Position numbers and translations under genes: made by a program | Notes under the pieces: generated by a model | What the model was told of the DNA's origin: nothing | The model's input: the letters and a program-made list of their open reading frames with translations, nothing else | Databases searched by the model: none | Assembly: GCA_965218295.1 (NCBI GenBank) | Contig: CBDCKN010000002.1 | Coordinates: 30,890-94,889 of the forward strand | Reading direction: 5' to 3' | From: Longimicrobiales bacterium | GTDB taxonomy: Bacteria > Gemmatimonadota > Gemmatimonadetes > Longimicrobiales > Gaopeijiaceae | DNA length: 64,000 bases | Shown here: positions 30,052 through 39,889 of the stretch, piece after piece | Numbering within the stretch: position 1 is the first letter of the stretch | How the letters are laid out: each line of letters opens with the position of its first letter

Positions 30052-31938
30052 TCATGAGGGCAATTCGTCGAAGGTCCTCCCCCCAGGCCCGACCCCGTTA
30101 TTCTGATCCGGCCGAACCTCCGTGCGCCGGCCGCGACCGGAGGCAGGGCGGCGACCCAACCCGACGCAGACCGTCAAGGCGGCGACGCTGAGCACCGCCC
30201 CCAGCACCGTCGGCCCCCCACTCGCGAACCAGACGCGGATGCGCGACTCACCCTCCGGTACCGAGACCAGAAGGCGACCGCCGTCCGCGTCCGGTCTCAC
30301 CCCGACGGAACGCGTGCCACTCTCCGTGGCACTCTCGGCTTTCCATCCCGGAAAGTGGTAGGTTCGGAGCGCCACCTCGCAGGGTCCGTCGCTCTCGACC
30401 GTGAAGAGGCGCTCCGCCTGGTCCCAGGCCTCCAGTGAAACGTGGCATCCAGCCGTCAACGGAAGCACCGGAGGCTGATCCGGGAGCGTCGTGGGATCGA
30501 CCCCGGTGCTCGGCAAGAAAAAAGACTGACGGGCGTGGAAGGTCCGAGCGAGGGCTGCACCCGAGAGCTCCCCGGAGTGGAATGCTTCGACGACGGGGGT
30601 CATCCGCGCAATCGAGCCGAATGATACACCGGTGAGTACACCGACGACGACGAGGCCACCGGCGAGCACCAGAACGGCCAAATCGCTTGAGCGGCCCGGA
30701 GAGGACCGGGCGTCGATCCCGCCCGCCACCACGGCCCGTATCGCGACGGCCGTCAGCACGGCCCAGGGAACCGCCACCACTTCCAGAAAACGCCACGGTA
30801 TGTGGGTCTCGTGCAGGACCGGCAGTGTCGCCCAGAACACCGTCGACAGTGGGGTCGTCAAGATGAGGGAAAGGACGCCGAACGTAGCCAGCAGTCGGAC
30901 CCCGCTCGAGGCGGTGCGCCGTGGGTCCGCGGAGGTTTCGGTCTCCATGACGTCGGGCCCAGCGGAGGCGCCGATCCGTTCGACGGGACCCGATCTCCGT
31001 AGGACCCCCAGAATTGCGAGGCTCATGACGAGTCCACTCGCGGGCAAGAGTGCTGCGTCCTCGAGCGTCCGCCTAAGCCGCGGCATCATAAACGCGTCGC
31101 TGTCGAACAGGAAATTGAGGCTCCACCACTCGCCACTCACGGTCTGGGGTATGAACATCTGGGGAAGATGTACAAGCATCGGCAGCAGGTAGACCCCAGC
31201 GACCGCAGCGCCGAGCGCGCCGGCCACGACGATCTGGAGGGAGCCACTCAACTCCGCACGCAACGCGCTCCGAATCACCACCCAAGCCGCCACGAGATAA
31301 GTTGCCATCACCACGTACGGGAGATTTGTGAGAGCCAGCAATCCATAGGCGAGGGCGAAGAACGATACGGCACGCGCCCTCTCCCAGGGTGGGGCCACCT
31401 CCAACCGGTGAAGCGCAACCAATACCCACGCGGCCAGACCGCCGCCTGCCAGGCACGAAAACAGTCCGGACGAGTAGAGCTCGAAGGCCCTGAAGGGCGT
31501 AATGAGCCAAAGACCGACCGCGAGCCATGCGTAGCGGCCCGCCTGGAGCGCCCGGGCCAAGGTGTAGACCCCACACGCACCGAGGAACGAGAAGACCCCC
31601 AAGGCCACCGTCAGTCCCGCTATCAATCGCCCGCCTGCAATCCACGAGAAAAAAGCGGTCAGCGCAGATAAGGCGGGCGGGTAGAAATAGCCCGTCGGCC
31701 CACCCCACCCCAGGTTGAAGTCGCCATACCACCGGGGGTACCAATGCCCCTCCGCAACGCCACGGGCGAACTGTCCCGCCATCGCGAGGTGGAGCGAGAG
31801 GTCGGTCGCAGCAGGGAGCCGGACCCGGAAATAGAGGACAGGCAGGGCGGCCAATGCCCCTAAGACCAAGGTCGCCCGCCACGAGGGGAGCGTCGGCCTG
31901 GCCTGGTCGAAAGTGGTATCCGGCGGCCGAACCGTCAC
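30052..31938 (-). CDS. multi-pass membrane protein, PTPS-related/YfhO-like (putative GT-C glycosyltransferase)
   Basis: YPRWYGDFNLGWGGPTGYFYPP, PWRFL, YHFPGWKA and many TM segments. Confidence 0.75.
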   Translation of the reverse strand: MTVRPPDTTFDQARPTLPSWRATLVLGALAALPVLYFRVRLPAATDLSLHLAMAGQFARGVAEGHWYPRWYGDFNLGWGGPTGYFYPPALSALTAFFSWIAGGRLIAGLTVALGVFSFLGACGVYTLARALQAGRYAWLAVGLWLITPFRAFELYSSGLFSCLAGGGLAAWVLVALHRLEVAPPWERARAVSFFALAYGLLALTNLPYVVMATYLVAAWVVIRSALRAELSGSLQIVVAGALGAAVAGVYLLPMLVHLPQMFIPQTVSGEWWSLNFLFDSDAFMMPRLRRTLEDAALLPASGLVMSLAILGVLRRSGPVERIGASAGPDVMETETSADPRRTASSGVRLLATFGVLSLILTTPLSTVFWATLPVLHETHIPWRFLEVVAVPWAVLTAVAIRAVVAGGIDARSSPGRSSDLAVLVLAGGLVVVGVLTGVSFGSIARMTPVVEAFHSGELSGAALARTFHARQSFFLPSTGVDPTTLPDQPPVLPLTAGCHVSLEAWDQAERLFTVESDGPCEVALRTYHFPGWKAESATESGTRSVGVRPDADGGRLLVSVPEGESRIRVWFASGGPTVLGAVLSVAALTVCVGLGRRPASGRGRRTEVRPDQNNGVGPGGRTFDELPS

Positions 31939-32257
31939 CTACGCCGCCGGTTCAGGGAGTTCCGAAGACCGGACGGGCGCCCAAAGGGGCCGGACGATAC
32001 CGGCTCCGAGGCTGCGAGGCGAATCGCCCGTGACGTCATGCTGAATCCTTCGAGGCCATGGAGCGAGAGGACTACCTGCGCTGCGGCAGTTATGCGATGC
32101 ACACCCGGTTCCGTCCGGTTCCCTTTGCATGGGCGAGATGCTCTTCGGCGGGCGCCCCATCGGGCCTACTCTCAAGCTAAATCAATCTACCACTTGGTAT
32201 CGATACTCTAGTAACTCGTTGTAGGAACAGAAGCGACGCGGTGGAACTCGCAGGGGG

Positions 32258-32566
32258 ATGACGATGAGGACAAAGCGAGCTGTATGGGGACTGTTTCTCG
32301 TGCTGGGGCTGAGCGCCTGTCGAACGCCGTTCGACCCGAACACCGACGATGATCAGATCGATATCCAGGGCTCCGGCCACGTCACGACCGAGGTCCGGAA
32401 TGTCACGGGCATCAACGCGATTAGCGTGACGGGCGGTCAGTGGGTCGTGCTGGAGCAGACCGACACCGAAGGCGTGCAGGTCGAAGCCGAGGACAACCTG
32501 CTGCGCTACATCGAGACCGAGGTCGACGACGGCGTCCTACTGGTGCAATCGCTGCTGTCGCGGTAA
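32258..32566 (+). pseudogene. truncated DUF2807/GIN-domain lipoprotein
   Basis: Lipobox LSAC; IQGSGHVTTEVRNV...VEAEDNLLRYIETEVDDGVL; breaks off against the IS110 fragment. Confidence 0.75.
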
Positions 32567-32599
32567 GCATGAGGCTCGCGCGCTTCGCTTGCGGTCACC

Positions 32600-33260
32600 A
32601 CATTAGCCGTGCAGATGAGTCGTTGCTGCTCGGGCCCCATGCGGGGCCAGGCGATGGTATGGACCCAGCCACGTCCCTCGGCGGTGAGCAACCGACCGCG
32701 GGGCAGGCAGAAGCCCAGAGAGTGGAGCTCGGCATGAATGCGCGACGCCGAGGAGGTCCGCATCCGGACGAGTCGGGCCCGGTGCCGGACGAGGGTGGCC
32801 TGCTCGCGTTGGCTGATGGGTTTGCAGTAGACCTCAGGGATGAGGCGCACGAGTTGCATGCGAGCGAGCAGCGTGGCGTCGATCGCATCGTTCTTGTAGT
32901 TGGCCTCGGCGATCGCACGCAGCTTCTTCGCGTGGGCGAGCACGAAGCGACAATCCGGTCCGTTGAGCAACTCGTATAGCCAGGGCCAGGACGGACTCGT
33001 CTCGACGACGACCTCGAGCGGCCGATAGGCATTCAGCAGCTCAACGAGCCGGTCGGACTCGGTGTTGCGGATGCGGAGCGGCTTTTGGACGAACGCTCCG
33101 TCATTGCTCACGATCGCGACGACGAGGTACGTTGCGTGAGCATCGATTCCTGCGACATACATGATGGCCTCCTGGTGGTTGGCAGCCGCAGGTTACTTGG
33201 GGAAGTGCCAGCGTAGTGCGCCGGCCGTTGGGAGGCCATCCGCTTTATAAGGTCAGCAGA
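32600..33260 (-). mobile_element. IS110-family element fragment (left non-coding region plus N-terminal part of transposase, ATG at 33162)
   Basis: GIDAH, VVETS and KNDAIDA are the DEDD RuvC-like residues; the C-terminal serine domain is absent; boundaries approximate. Confidence 0.85.
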
Positions 33261-33307
33261 AAAGTCGCAGCCGAAGGTGCGACTCATTGAAAAAGAAGGT
33301 GATTCAG

Positions 33308-34369
33308 ATGAAGCGCATGCTTGCCGTTTTCGTAGCAGGCTTGTTGGCCCTCGCCCCAGCAGGGCCTATGTCCGCTCGCGCCGCGGCGCAGGGCACGCAG
33401 GAAAGCTTCGAGGTTCATCCCTCAACACAGGACCCGTCGGTTCGGGTCACTCTCGGGACACTCGAGCGATGGGAGTCCGAACTGTCGAACTGGGGCCGCT
33501 GGGGCCGAAATGACCAACGCGGCACGCTGAATCTCATCACACCGGAGAAGACCCGCGGAGCTGCTCTCCTCGTGGAGGACGGCGTCACGGTGTCGCTCGG
33601 GCACTTCGTGAGCGAGGAAGACGCGATCGACAGCCAGACGTTCGGACCGACGGAGCATTGGATGACGTCGGTCGACCCGAACACGGGCCGGCCGCGCTTC
33701 GCTGTGGATGCCGTGAGCTTCTCGCTGCACGACGGACAACTCGCCCACATGGACGCACTTTGCCACTACGCCACCCAGCGAGATGGCCAGGCCGTCATCT
33801 TCAACGGCTATCCCCAGAATCTCGACATCAACGGGTGCAGCGGGGACCTCGCCGTCGACGATATGGGGCCGGGCTACGTGACCCGCGGCGTCCTCGTGGA
33901 CATGCCACTCCTTCGGGGCGTGGAATGGCTCGAGCCCAGCACGCCCATCTATGTGTCCGACCTCGAGGAGTGGGAGGCGTTCGCAGGCGTCATGATCGGC
34001 AGCGGCGACGTGCTGCTGGTTCGGGGCGGCCGCTGGGCCAAGCGCGCAGCGGAGGGCCCGTGGCGCTACAGTCAGGGTGGAGCCGGGCTGCACGCCTCAG
34101 TGCTACCCTGGCTGAAGGAGCGGGGCGTGGCGCTCCTGGTCGGCGACGCCATAAACGACGTTCAACCGTCCGGCGTGGAGGGCATCAACCGTCCGGTCCA
34201 CACCATGACACAGATCTTCATCGGGCTTCCCCTCGTCGACAACGGATACCTCGAGGACGTGGCCCGCGAAGCCGCAAGCCGGGAGCGGTGGGAGTTCATG
34301 GTGTCCTGGCAGATCACCCAGGTGCCCAACGGGACCGCGAGTCCGTTCAACGCACTGGCGACGTTCTAG
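33308..34369 (+). CDS. secreted cyclase family (kynurenine formamidase-like) metal hydrolase
   Basis: Signal peptide; motifs SNWGRWG..DQRGTLNLIT, HMDALCH, TRGVLVD, GTASPFN. Confidence 0.88.
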   Translation: MKRMLAVFVAGLLALAPAGPMSARAAAQGTQESFEVHPSTQDPSVRVTLGTLERWESELSNWGRWGRNDQRGTLNLITPEKTRGAALLVEDGVTVSLGHFVSEEDAIDSQTFGPTEHWMTSVDPNTGRPRFAVDAVSFSLHDGQLAHMDALCHYATQRDGQAVIFNGYPQNLDINGCSGDLAVDDMGPGYVTRGVLVDMPLLRGVEWLEPSTPIYVSDLEEWEAFAGVMIGSGDVLLVRGGRWAKRAAEGPWRYSQGGAGLHASVLPWLKERGVALLVGDAINDVQPSGVEGINRPVHTMTQIFIGLPLVDNGYLEDVAREAASRERWEFMVSWQITQVPNGTASPFNALATF

Positions 34370-34421
34370 AGGGGGTGTCCTTCACCGCCGCAATCCCCTG
34401 AGCGCCATCTTGCTCCTGGTC

Positions 34422-35005
34422 TCACCTCGCCCGGGGGTTGTCGGGATACTGAACCGACACTTCTTCACTCTGCTCATACCCGTAGCGCACGGCGATCGCG
34501 CGCACCGTGACCGGTACGGGCAGAGTGAGCGGGCCCGAATACAGGAGCCAGTGGGGCGTTTCCCCGGACGCCGTCGTATATGCGATGGAGGCGCCTTCCG
34601 TCGGAGAGGTTAGCGCGATGGTGACGGCGCCGTCTTCGTCGTTACCCGGTCCAAAGACTGGCGCCTCGGTGACGGGTTGAAACGCCACCGGGCCACATCA
34701 TTTCGGCCAACTCCGTTTCGGGAATCAAGCCCATGTCACCAATGTCTTGTTGCCATTGTAGAAGCACGTCCCGCATTTCCATCACTACCTCGGCTTTGGC
34801 AGGGACTTCGGCGAGGTTGAGGATCTCGTGCGGATCGCGAGTAACGTCGTACAGTTCTTCTTCGGGTTTTGTTGGTTGAAACAGCGCGGCGGCGGCGCCT
34901 TCCAGTTCGCTGGCCTCGTGGAGCCGTATCAACTCCTGCATGAGCGGCATGCGGTCCCTGTATCGGTTGATGAGCAAAAAGGGACGGTCTGGGAAGAAAA
35001 TTGCG
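34422..35005 (-). pseudogene. 3' fragment of a sulfatase-like gene with an Fn3-associated C-terminal domain; frameshift near 34685
   Basis: EELYDVTRDPHEILNLA and SPTEGASIAYT...WLLYSGP; 5' part removed at IS-B. Confidence 0.75.
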
Positions 35006-36383
35006 GAGGTTGGGTCAATAGGTGTGTAAACGTATTAGGCGGCGTTCTTCCGCTGTTGGTGTGAGACGGGCTTTCCGTCTTCGAACTTTCTTCCTTCAAA
35101 TACGTCCTTGAGGAGGTGAGGAGCGTCGAGCCTTCGGAACCGCTTCTCAGCCACCAAGAGCAACTTCCAGATTAGCGCCGTAGCGCTCTCGACCCGCTTG
35201 AACCGCTTCGCTGCTGTCGTCCTGAGCCGTACCGCGGCGAACGGGCTCTCGACCACGTTCGTCGTGCGTAGATGCTTCCAGTGGTCCTCGGGGAAGTCGT
35301 AGAACGCTACCATCCGCTCCCAGTCGTCCTCGAGTACGTCCACTGCTTTCGGATACCACGGCCTATAGCGTCGGGCGAACACCTCGCGGGCCTTCAGGGC
35401 CTCGGCCCGGCTCGGTGCGTAGACCACGGCCCGGAGAAGATCCTTCGCCTCGCCCTGCTCCCGCTGAGGTAGTCGGTCCAGCACGTTCCTCATCTTGTGG
35501 TTCCAGCACCGTTGCTCACCCGCCTCAGGCCATACCTGCCGTACTGCGCCCCAGATCGCAGCGTTACCGTCCGCCATCAGAAGCCGGGGCGCCTCGATGC
35601 CGCGTGCCTTCAGGTCCCGCAACACCTCGGACCAGGACTCGACCGACTCTCGGTAGCCCGCTCTCAGGGCCAACACCTCTTTCGTCCCGTCTCGCATGGC
35701 ACCCAGCACCACCAGCAGCGCCGCTTTGTCCCGCTCCAGCCCTGCCTTCACATAGATCCCGTCCGCCCACACGTAGACGACCTCACGACCCTCCAGGCGA
35801 CGCTGGCTCCATTCCTCGAACTCCGCCGTCCATCCCGCCCGCAGCCGCCGAATCGAAGACTTCGACAGCGGTGCCCCCTCGCCCAGCAGGCCCCGCATCG
35901 CCAACTCGAAGTCTCCCTCCGCCAGTCCGTGCAGATACAGCTCCGGAAGCAGAGCGCCCAGCTCCTTCGTCCGCCTCGCGAACAACGGCAGCACGCGGCT
36001 CTCGAACCGCTCCTCAAGGCCTCGAACTCGAGGGCGTCGGAGTGTGATCGTGCCCGAGCTCATCGCCAGCCGCCTCGGCTTGCCGTATCCGTTGCGGTAG
36101 CCCTCGGTCGCGTCCACCACCCTCCTGCGCTCTGACTTCTCTCGCCCTAGCAACTCCGTGACTTCCTCCTCCAAGATCTGTTGAATGAACTCCTGCGCCT
36201 TCTCCCGAACCACTTCTTCCAGAACTTCCCACACGGGCGTCCTGGACTCACCCTCGGGTCCCACCGTATTCTTCCTCACGAGGCGTCGTTCCTTTCCCCC
36301 GGGCTGTCACCCGGAGTTCGCTGGTTATTACTCAGCGGAAAGGTACGTCGCCTCTCTTTTTACACACCCTTTGATCCTAGCTC
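35006..36383 (-). mobile_element. IS256-family element B, copy 2 (1378 bp, no TSD)
   Basis: Same ends and length as 1098-2475; the flanks AAATTGCG and CGCACGGT do not match each other. Confidence 0.95.
35035..36279 (-). CDS. IS256-family transposase B
   Basis: Protein identical to 1202-2446. Confidence 0.95.
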   Translation of the reverse strand: MRKNTVGPEGESRTPVWEVLEEVVREKAQEFIQQILEEEVTELLGREKSERRRVVDATEGYRNGYGKPRRLAMSSGTITLRRPRVRGLEERFESRVLPLFARRTKELGALLPELYLHGLAEGDFELAMRGLLGEGAPLSKSSIRRLRAGWTAEFEEWSQRRLEGREVVYVWADGIYVKAGLERDKAALLVVLGAMRDGTKEVLALRAGYRESVESWSEVLRDLKARGIEAPRLLMADGNAAIWGAVRQVWPEAGEQRCWNHKMRNVLDRLPQREQGEAKDLLRAVVYAPSRAEALKAREVFARRYRPWYPKAVDVLEDDWERMVAFYDFPEDHWKHLRTTNVVESPFAAVRLRTTAAKRFKRVESATALIWKLLLVAEKRFRRLDAPHLLKDVFEGRKFEDGKPVSHQQRKNAA

Positions 36384-36502
36384 CGCACGGTGCGGCGCAG
36401 CCTCTATGCGGCTAGGTTGGCATTGTTACTAGCCTCTTTGGCCCGCCTTAGACGCTTCCCTGCCCCGAAATAGACGTGTTTAGACGGTCTAACGGATGCA
36501 CT

Positions 36503-36615
36503 TTAGGCTCCCGCCTGGATTGCCGCAGCACCGTCGCCGGGTCGGACGCCTAGTACAAGCGTTGGACAGTTTCGATCTGTTTCCAGCCGCCGGCCGCCGC
36601 CACGTCTTCGGCCTT
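36503..36615 (-). pseudogene. C-terminal remnant of a tyrosine recombinase/integrase
   Basis: Manual translation KAEDVAAAGGWKQIETVQRLY*ASDPATVLR resembles integrase box II (GW...catalytic Y); in-frame TAG at 36550-36552. Confidence 0.6.
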
Positions 36616-36884
36616 CCTTGACTGTTCGGGATTTCGGGCGCCATTTTAGCCTTTCCGGTTCCGTGCCGGCACACCGCGTTCGTGGAGCGGACAGGCCCCG
36701 GATCCGGGGCGCAATCGTGGCCTCTCCGGCCTCCCGCCCGGCCGACCGCCGCCATCCCCGTCGGCTCCGCCGCCCGTTCTGGAGGGCACCGGACCCCCGA
36801 TCGGGTGGGAGTCCGGTCCGCTGGAGCCGGGTCCCCGTCGGCCAATAAGAGAGACCGGGAAAACAAACGGGAGGAAAACGCACG

Positions 36885-37673
36885 ATGAATCCCCTCATCG
36901 ATCTTACCGGTCAGGTCGTCCTGGTGACCGGCTCCACCCAAGGAATCGGGCTTGCTACGGCCCGGCAGTTCCTGGAGGCGGGCGCCACCGTCGTCTTGAA
37001 CAGCCGCCACCGGGAACGGGGGGAGCGGGCCGCCGAGGAGCTCGCCGCGGCGGTGAACCCGGCTGGCGACCGTTGCTGGCACGCCACCGCCGACGTCACG
37101 GACGCCGGTCAGGTCCGGGAGATGGTCCGCCTCGTCATGGAGCGGCACGGGAGGGTGGACGTGCTGGTGAACAACGCCGGCGGGCCTGACCACATCCAGC
37201 CCTTCCGGGAGCTCGCCCCCGAGGCGTGGTACGAGTCCTTCCAGATGAAGTTCTGGAGCAAGATCTACTGCATCCGGGAGGTTCTCGAGCCCATGCACGC
37301 GCAGGGGCGGGGCGCGATCGTGAACATGATGTCCGACGCCGGACGGGTGGGGACGCCGGGGGAGTCCATCATCTCGGCCGCGTACGGGGCGCTGCTGGCC
37401 GTCACCAAGTCCCTGGCCCAGGAGTTCGGCCGCTTCCAGGTCCGCATCAACAACGTCTCTATCACGCTCACCGGGGACACGGGCCTGTACGACGCGGTGA
37501 TGAAGGAGGAGTTCAGCCGGCGCATCTTCACGAAGATCGAGCAGCGGATTCCCCTTGGGCTCCTGGGGCCTGACGACGTGGCGGCGGCCATCGTCTTCCT
37601 CGCTTCCCCTGCGGCGGGGAAGATCACGGGCCAGACCCTCAGCGTGAACGGGGGGATGACCTATCCGTCGTGA
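36885..37673 (+). CDS. SDR family oxidoreductase (FabG-like)
   Basis: Motifs TGSTQGIG, VLVNNAG, ITGQTLSVNGG; the YxxxK motif is not canonical. Confidence 0.9.
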   Translation: MNPLIDLTGQVVLVTGSTQGIGLATARQFLEAGATVVLNSRHRERGERAAEELAAAVNPAGDRCWHATADVTDAGQVREMVRLVMERHGRVDVLVNNAGGPDHIQPFRELAPEAWYESFQMKFWSKIYCIREVLEPMHAQGRGAIVNMMSDAGRVGTPGESIISAAYGALLAVTKSLAQEFGRFQVRINNVSITLTGDTGLYDAVMKEEFSRRIFTKIEQRIPLGLLGPDDVAAAIVFLASPAAGKITGQTLSVNGGMTYPS

Positions 37674-38113
37674 GGCGCGCTGCGATCCGGCTGGACGGTG
37701 GCACGGCGGAAGGTCCTGAAGGAGGGAACGCTGGGCCGAACGGCGCAGTTGGGGAGCATCCGTCGCGGGCCGCCCTACGATCCGCCCGCACGGTGGATGG
37801 CGGATCCGAGCCGTCCTCGAGGAAGGCGCGCTCAGCCCGCACGGCGGGACGGGGGCTCCGTGGCGGCGTCGGATGAAGACCTCCCGGATCGCGGCCACCT
37901 GGTCGGGGTGGATCGCTCCGTCCCGGTGAGCCGCTTTCGGCGTCTAGGAGCTTGGGTCTGAGCGTCTCGATGACGTCTTGCGCTCCGAGGGCTTGACTGC
38001 GCACGACCTCCGCTTCCAGGTGCTCCGCCCTGAGCTCTGCGAGGGCCAGCTCTGCGGCGAGGCGGTTTTCCGTGATTGACAAGCCCGCGCTCATTCCGTA
38101 AGTGGAGCCGACA

Positions 38114-39586
38114 ATGCTGGAAATCGTCGACATAGGACCACGTCTTACCCTGGACGACTACGGGGCCAGCGCTCAGCTGGCGCCGTCGGTCAACGATTTG
38201 CGCGCGCTGGCCAGGGTTGTGGTGCCCAAGCTCCGCGGTCGAAAGCTGTGGATGGTCAACTCCACAGCCAAGGGCGGCGGAGTCGCTGAGATGATGGGGA
38301 CGATCGTGGGGATGCTGCGCGAGCTCGGCGTTCCCACCGAGTGGGCCGTCATTGGAACCGAACGGACCGAGTTTTTCCTGCTGACAAAGCAGATGCACAA
38401 CATGATCCACGGAGCCGGCAACCCGAAAATCTCCGCCGAGCACCACGAGCTCTACGACCTGGTGAGCCGGGAGCTTGCCGACGAGTTTCGCGAGCGCATC
38501 TCGAAAGACGACATACTGGTCATCCACGACCCGCAGCCTCTGGGAATGGGCGCCCTGCTAAAGAAGGAGCTCGGCGTCCCCGCCATGTGGAGGTGCCACA
38601 TCGGCCTCGACGACCAGACTCCCCAGACCAAAGCTGTGTGGGAATTTCTAAGGCCACACGTCGAGACCTACGACCACACGGTGTTTACCGCCCCTGAATA
38701 TGTTCCCGAGTTTCTTCACGGCCACTTTTCGCTGATTTTCCCTGCGCTCGATCCGATGAGTCACAAGAACGAGCACCTGTCTGCTCACGCGCTCGCCAGA
38801 GTCCTGTGCAACGCCGGTCTGATGCGCGAGCACAATCCCGTGCCGACGCAGACATTTCCTTTCACGGCAGAGCGGCTGCAACCCGACGGCACGTTTGGCC
38901 CGGCAACGTCACCGGAAGAGATCGGGCTCCTGTATCGAACGGTGATCACGCAAATCTCTCGCTGGGACAAGCTCAAGGGGTGGGAGCCGCTGTTGGAGGC
39001 GTTTACAAACCTCAAGCGCCGCGCAAAAAACGGCGGCTTGAAGCTAACGGATGATCAGCGCCGACGTATCGACAGTGCACGGCTGGTCATGGCCGGCCCG
39101 GAAACAGCGGCCGTCGCCGACGACCCCGAAGCAGCGGAAGTGCTCAAGGCTCTGTGTTCCACCTACTGCGAGCTCGAGCCGGAGATACAGCGCGATGTGG
39201 CGCTGCTGAGTTTGCCAATGGGTTCGAGTCGCATCAACGCGTTGATGGTCAACGCGCTCCAGCGCTGCTCGAGCATCATCGTTCAAAACTCGATCCAGGA
39301 GGGCTTCGGCCTGACGGTGACCGAGGCCATGTGGAAGAGGATTGCAGTCATGGGCTCCACAGCGTGCGGAATTCGCCACCAGATCCGCGACGGCGTCGAC
39401 GGTTGCCTGGTCCAGGATTCGTCCAGCGCCGAGGCCGTAGAGCGCGTGCTCTTAGAAATGCTCAACGACGAAGAGATGTGCGAGACCTACGCGCTCAGTG
39501 CTCAACGCCGAGCCAACGACGAGTTCTTGGTATTCGCCCAGGTTCGACACTGGCTCGAAGTGCTGACAGAGACCGCGACCGCCTGA
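38114..39586 (+). CDS. GT4 glycosyltransferase, TreT (trehalose synthase)-like
   Basis: Motifs VNSTAKGGGVAEM, IHDPQP, WRCHIG, QISRWDKLKG, QEGFGLTVTEAMWK. Confidence 0.88.
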   Translation: MLEIVDIGPRLTLDDYGASAQLAPSVNDLRALARVVVPKLRGRKLWMVNSTAKGGGVAEMMGTIVGMLRELGVPTEWAVIGTERTEFFLLTKQMHNMIHGAGNPKISAEHHELYDLVSRELADEFRERISKDDILVIHDPQPLGMGALLKKELGVPAMWRCHIGLDDQTPQTKAVWEFLRPHVETYDHTVFTAPEYVPEFLHGHFSLIFPALDPMSHKNEHLSAHALARVLCNAGLMREHNPVPTQTFPFTAERLQPDGTFGPATSPEEIGLLYRTVITQISRWDKLKGWEPLLEAFTNLKRRAKNGGLKLTDDQRRRIDSARLVMAGPETAAVADDPEAAEVLKALCSTYCELEPEIQRDVALLSLPMGSSRINALMVNALQRCSSIIVQNSIQEGFGLTVTEAMWKRIAVMGSTACGIRHQIRDGVDGCLVQDSSSAEAVERVLLEMLNDEEMCETYALSAQRRANDEFLVFAQVRHWLEVLTETATA

Positions 39587-39714
39587 TCAATTAATGGCTA
39601 CGATCAACGCGATGACCGCGGCGAACAACACGAGGGCTCCGATCACCATGACGGCCGAGTTGGTCGACATCTGCGACTGGACTTCGGCTGGGAAATCCGA
39701 AAGTGCTTGGCCCC

Positions 39715-39872
39715 GCCGCCGGCCCCCTTGCCAGCAACCGAGCGACGTTCCTCCACATGTATCCCGAGGACGGGATCCCGTGAAGGAGCATCAAGGGGGG
39801 CCCCTCTCCGCACGCCCTTTACGCGGCCCGCCCGCCACTCGTCTCCACTTCGTCGACCGCTGCAGGACCCAT
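39715..39872 (-). pseudogene. alpha/beta hydrolase 5' remnant with an internal stop
   Basis: MGPAAVDEVETSGGRAA*RACGEGPPLMLLHGIPSSGYMWRNVARLL; TAA at 39819-39821, then truncation. Confidence 0.75.
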
Positions 39873-39889
39873 TGCTCCCGGGCCTCCTC

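Noticed and set aside
30009..36414. 11-bp direct repeat CTATGCGGCTA (30009, 36404) as att sites, and a dif-like look of 30009-30045
   Set aside because: Many 11-mer matches are expected by chance in 64 kb and the XerC/XerD arm match is poor; weak hint only.
37639..38133. 164-aa minus-strand ORF between the SDR and TreT genes
   Set aside because: It spans a compositional junction and overlaps both neighbours; probably a chimera of remnants.
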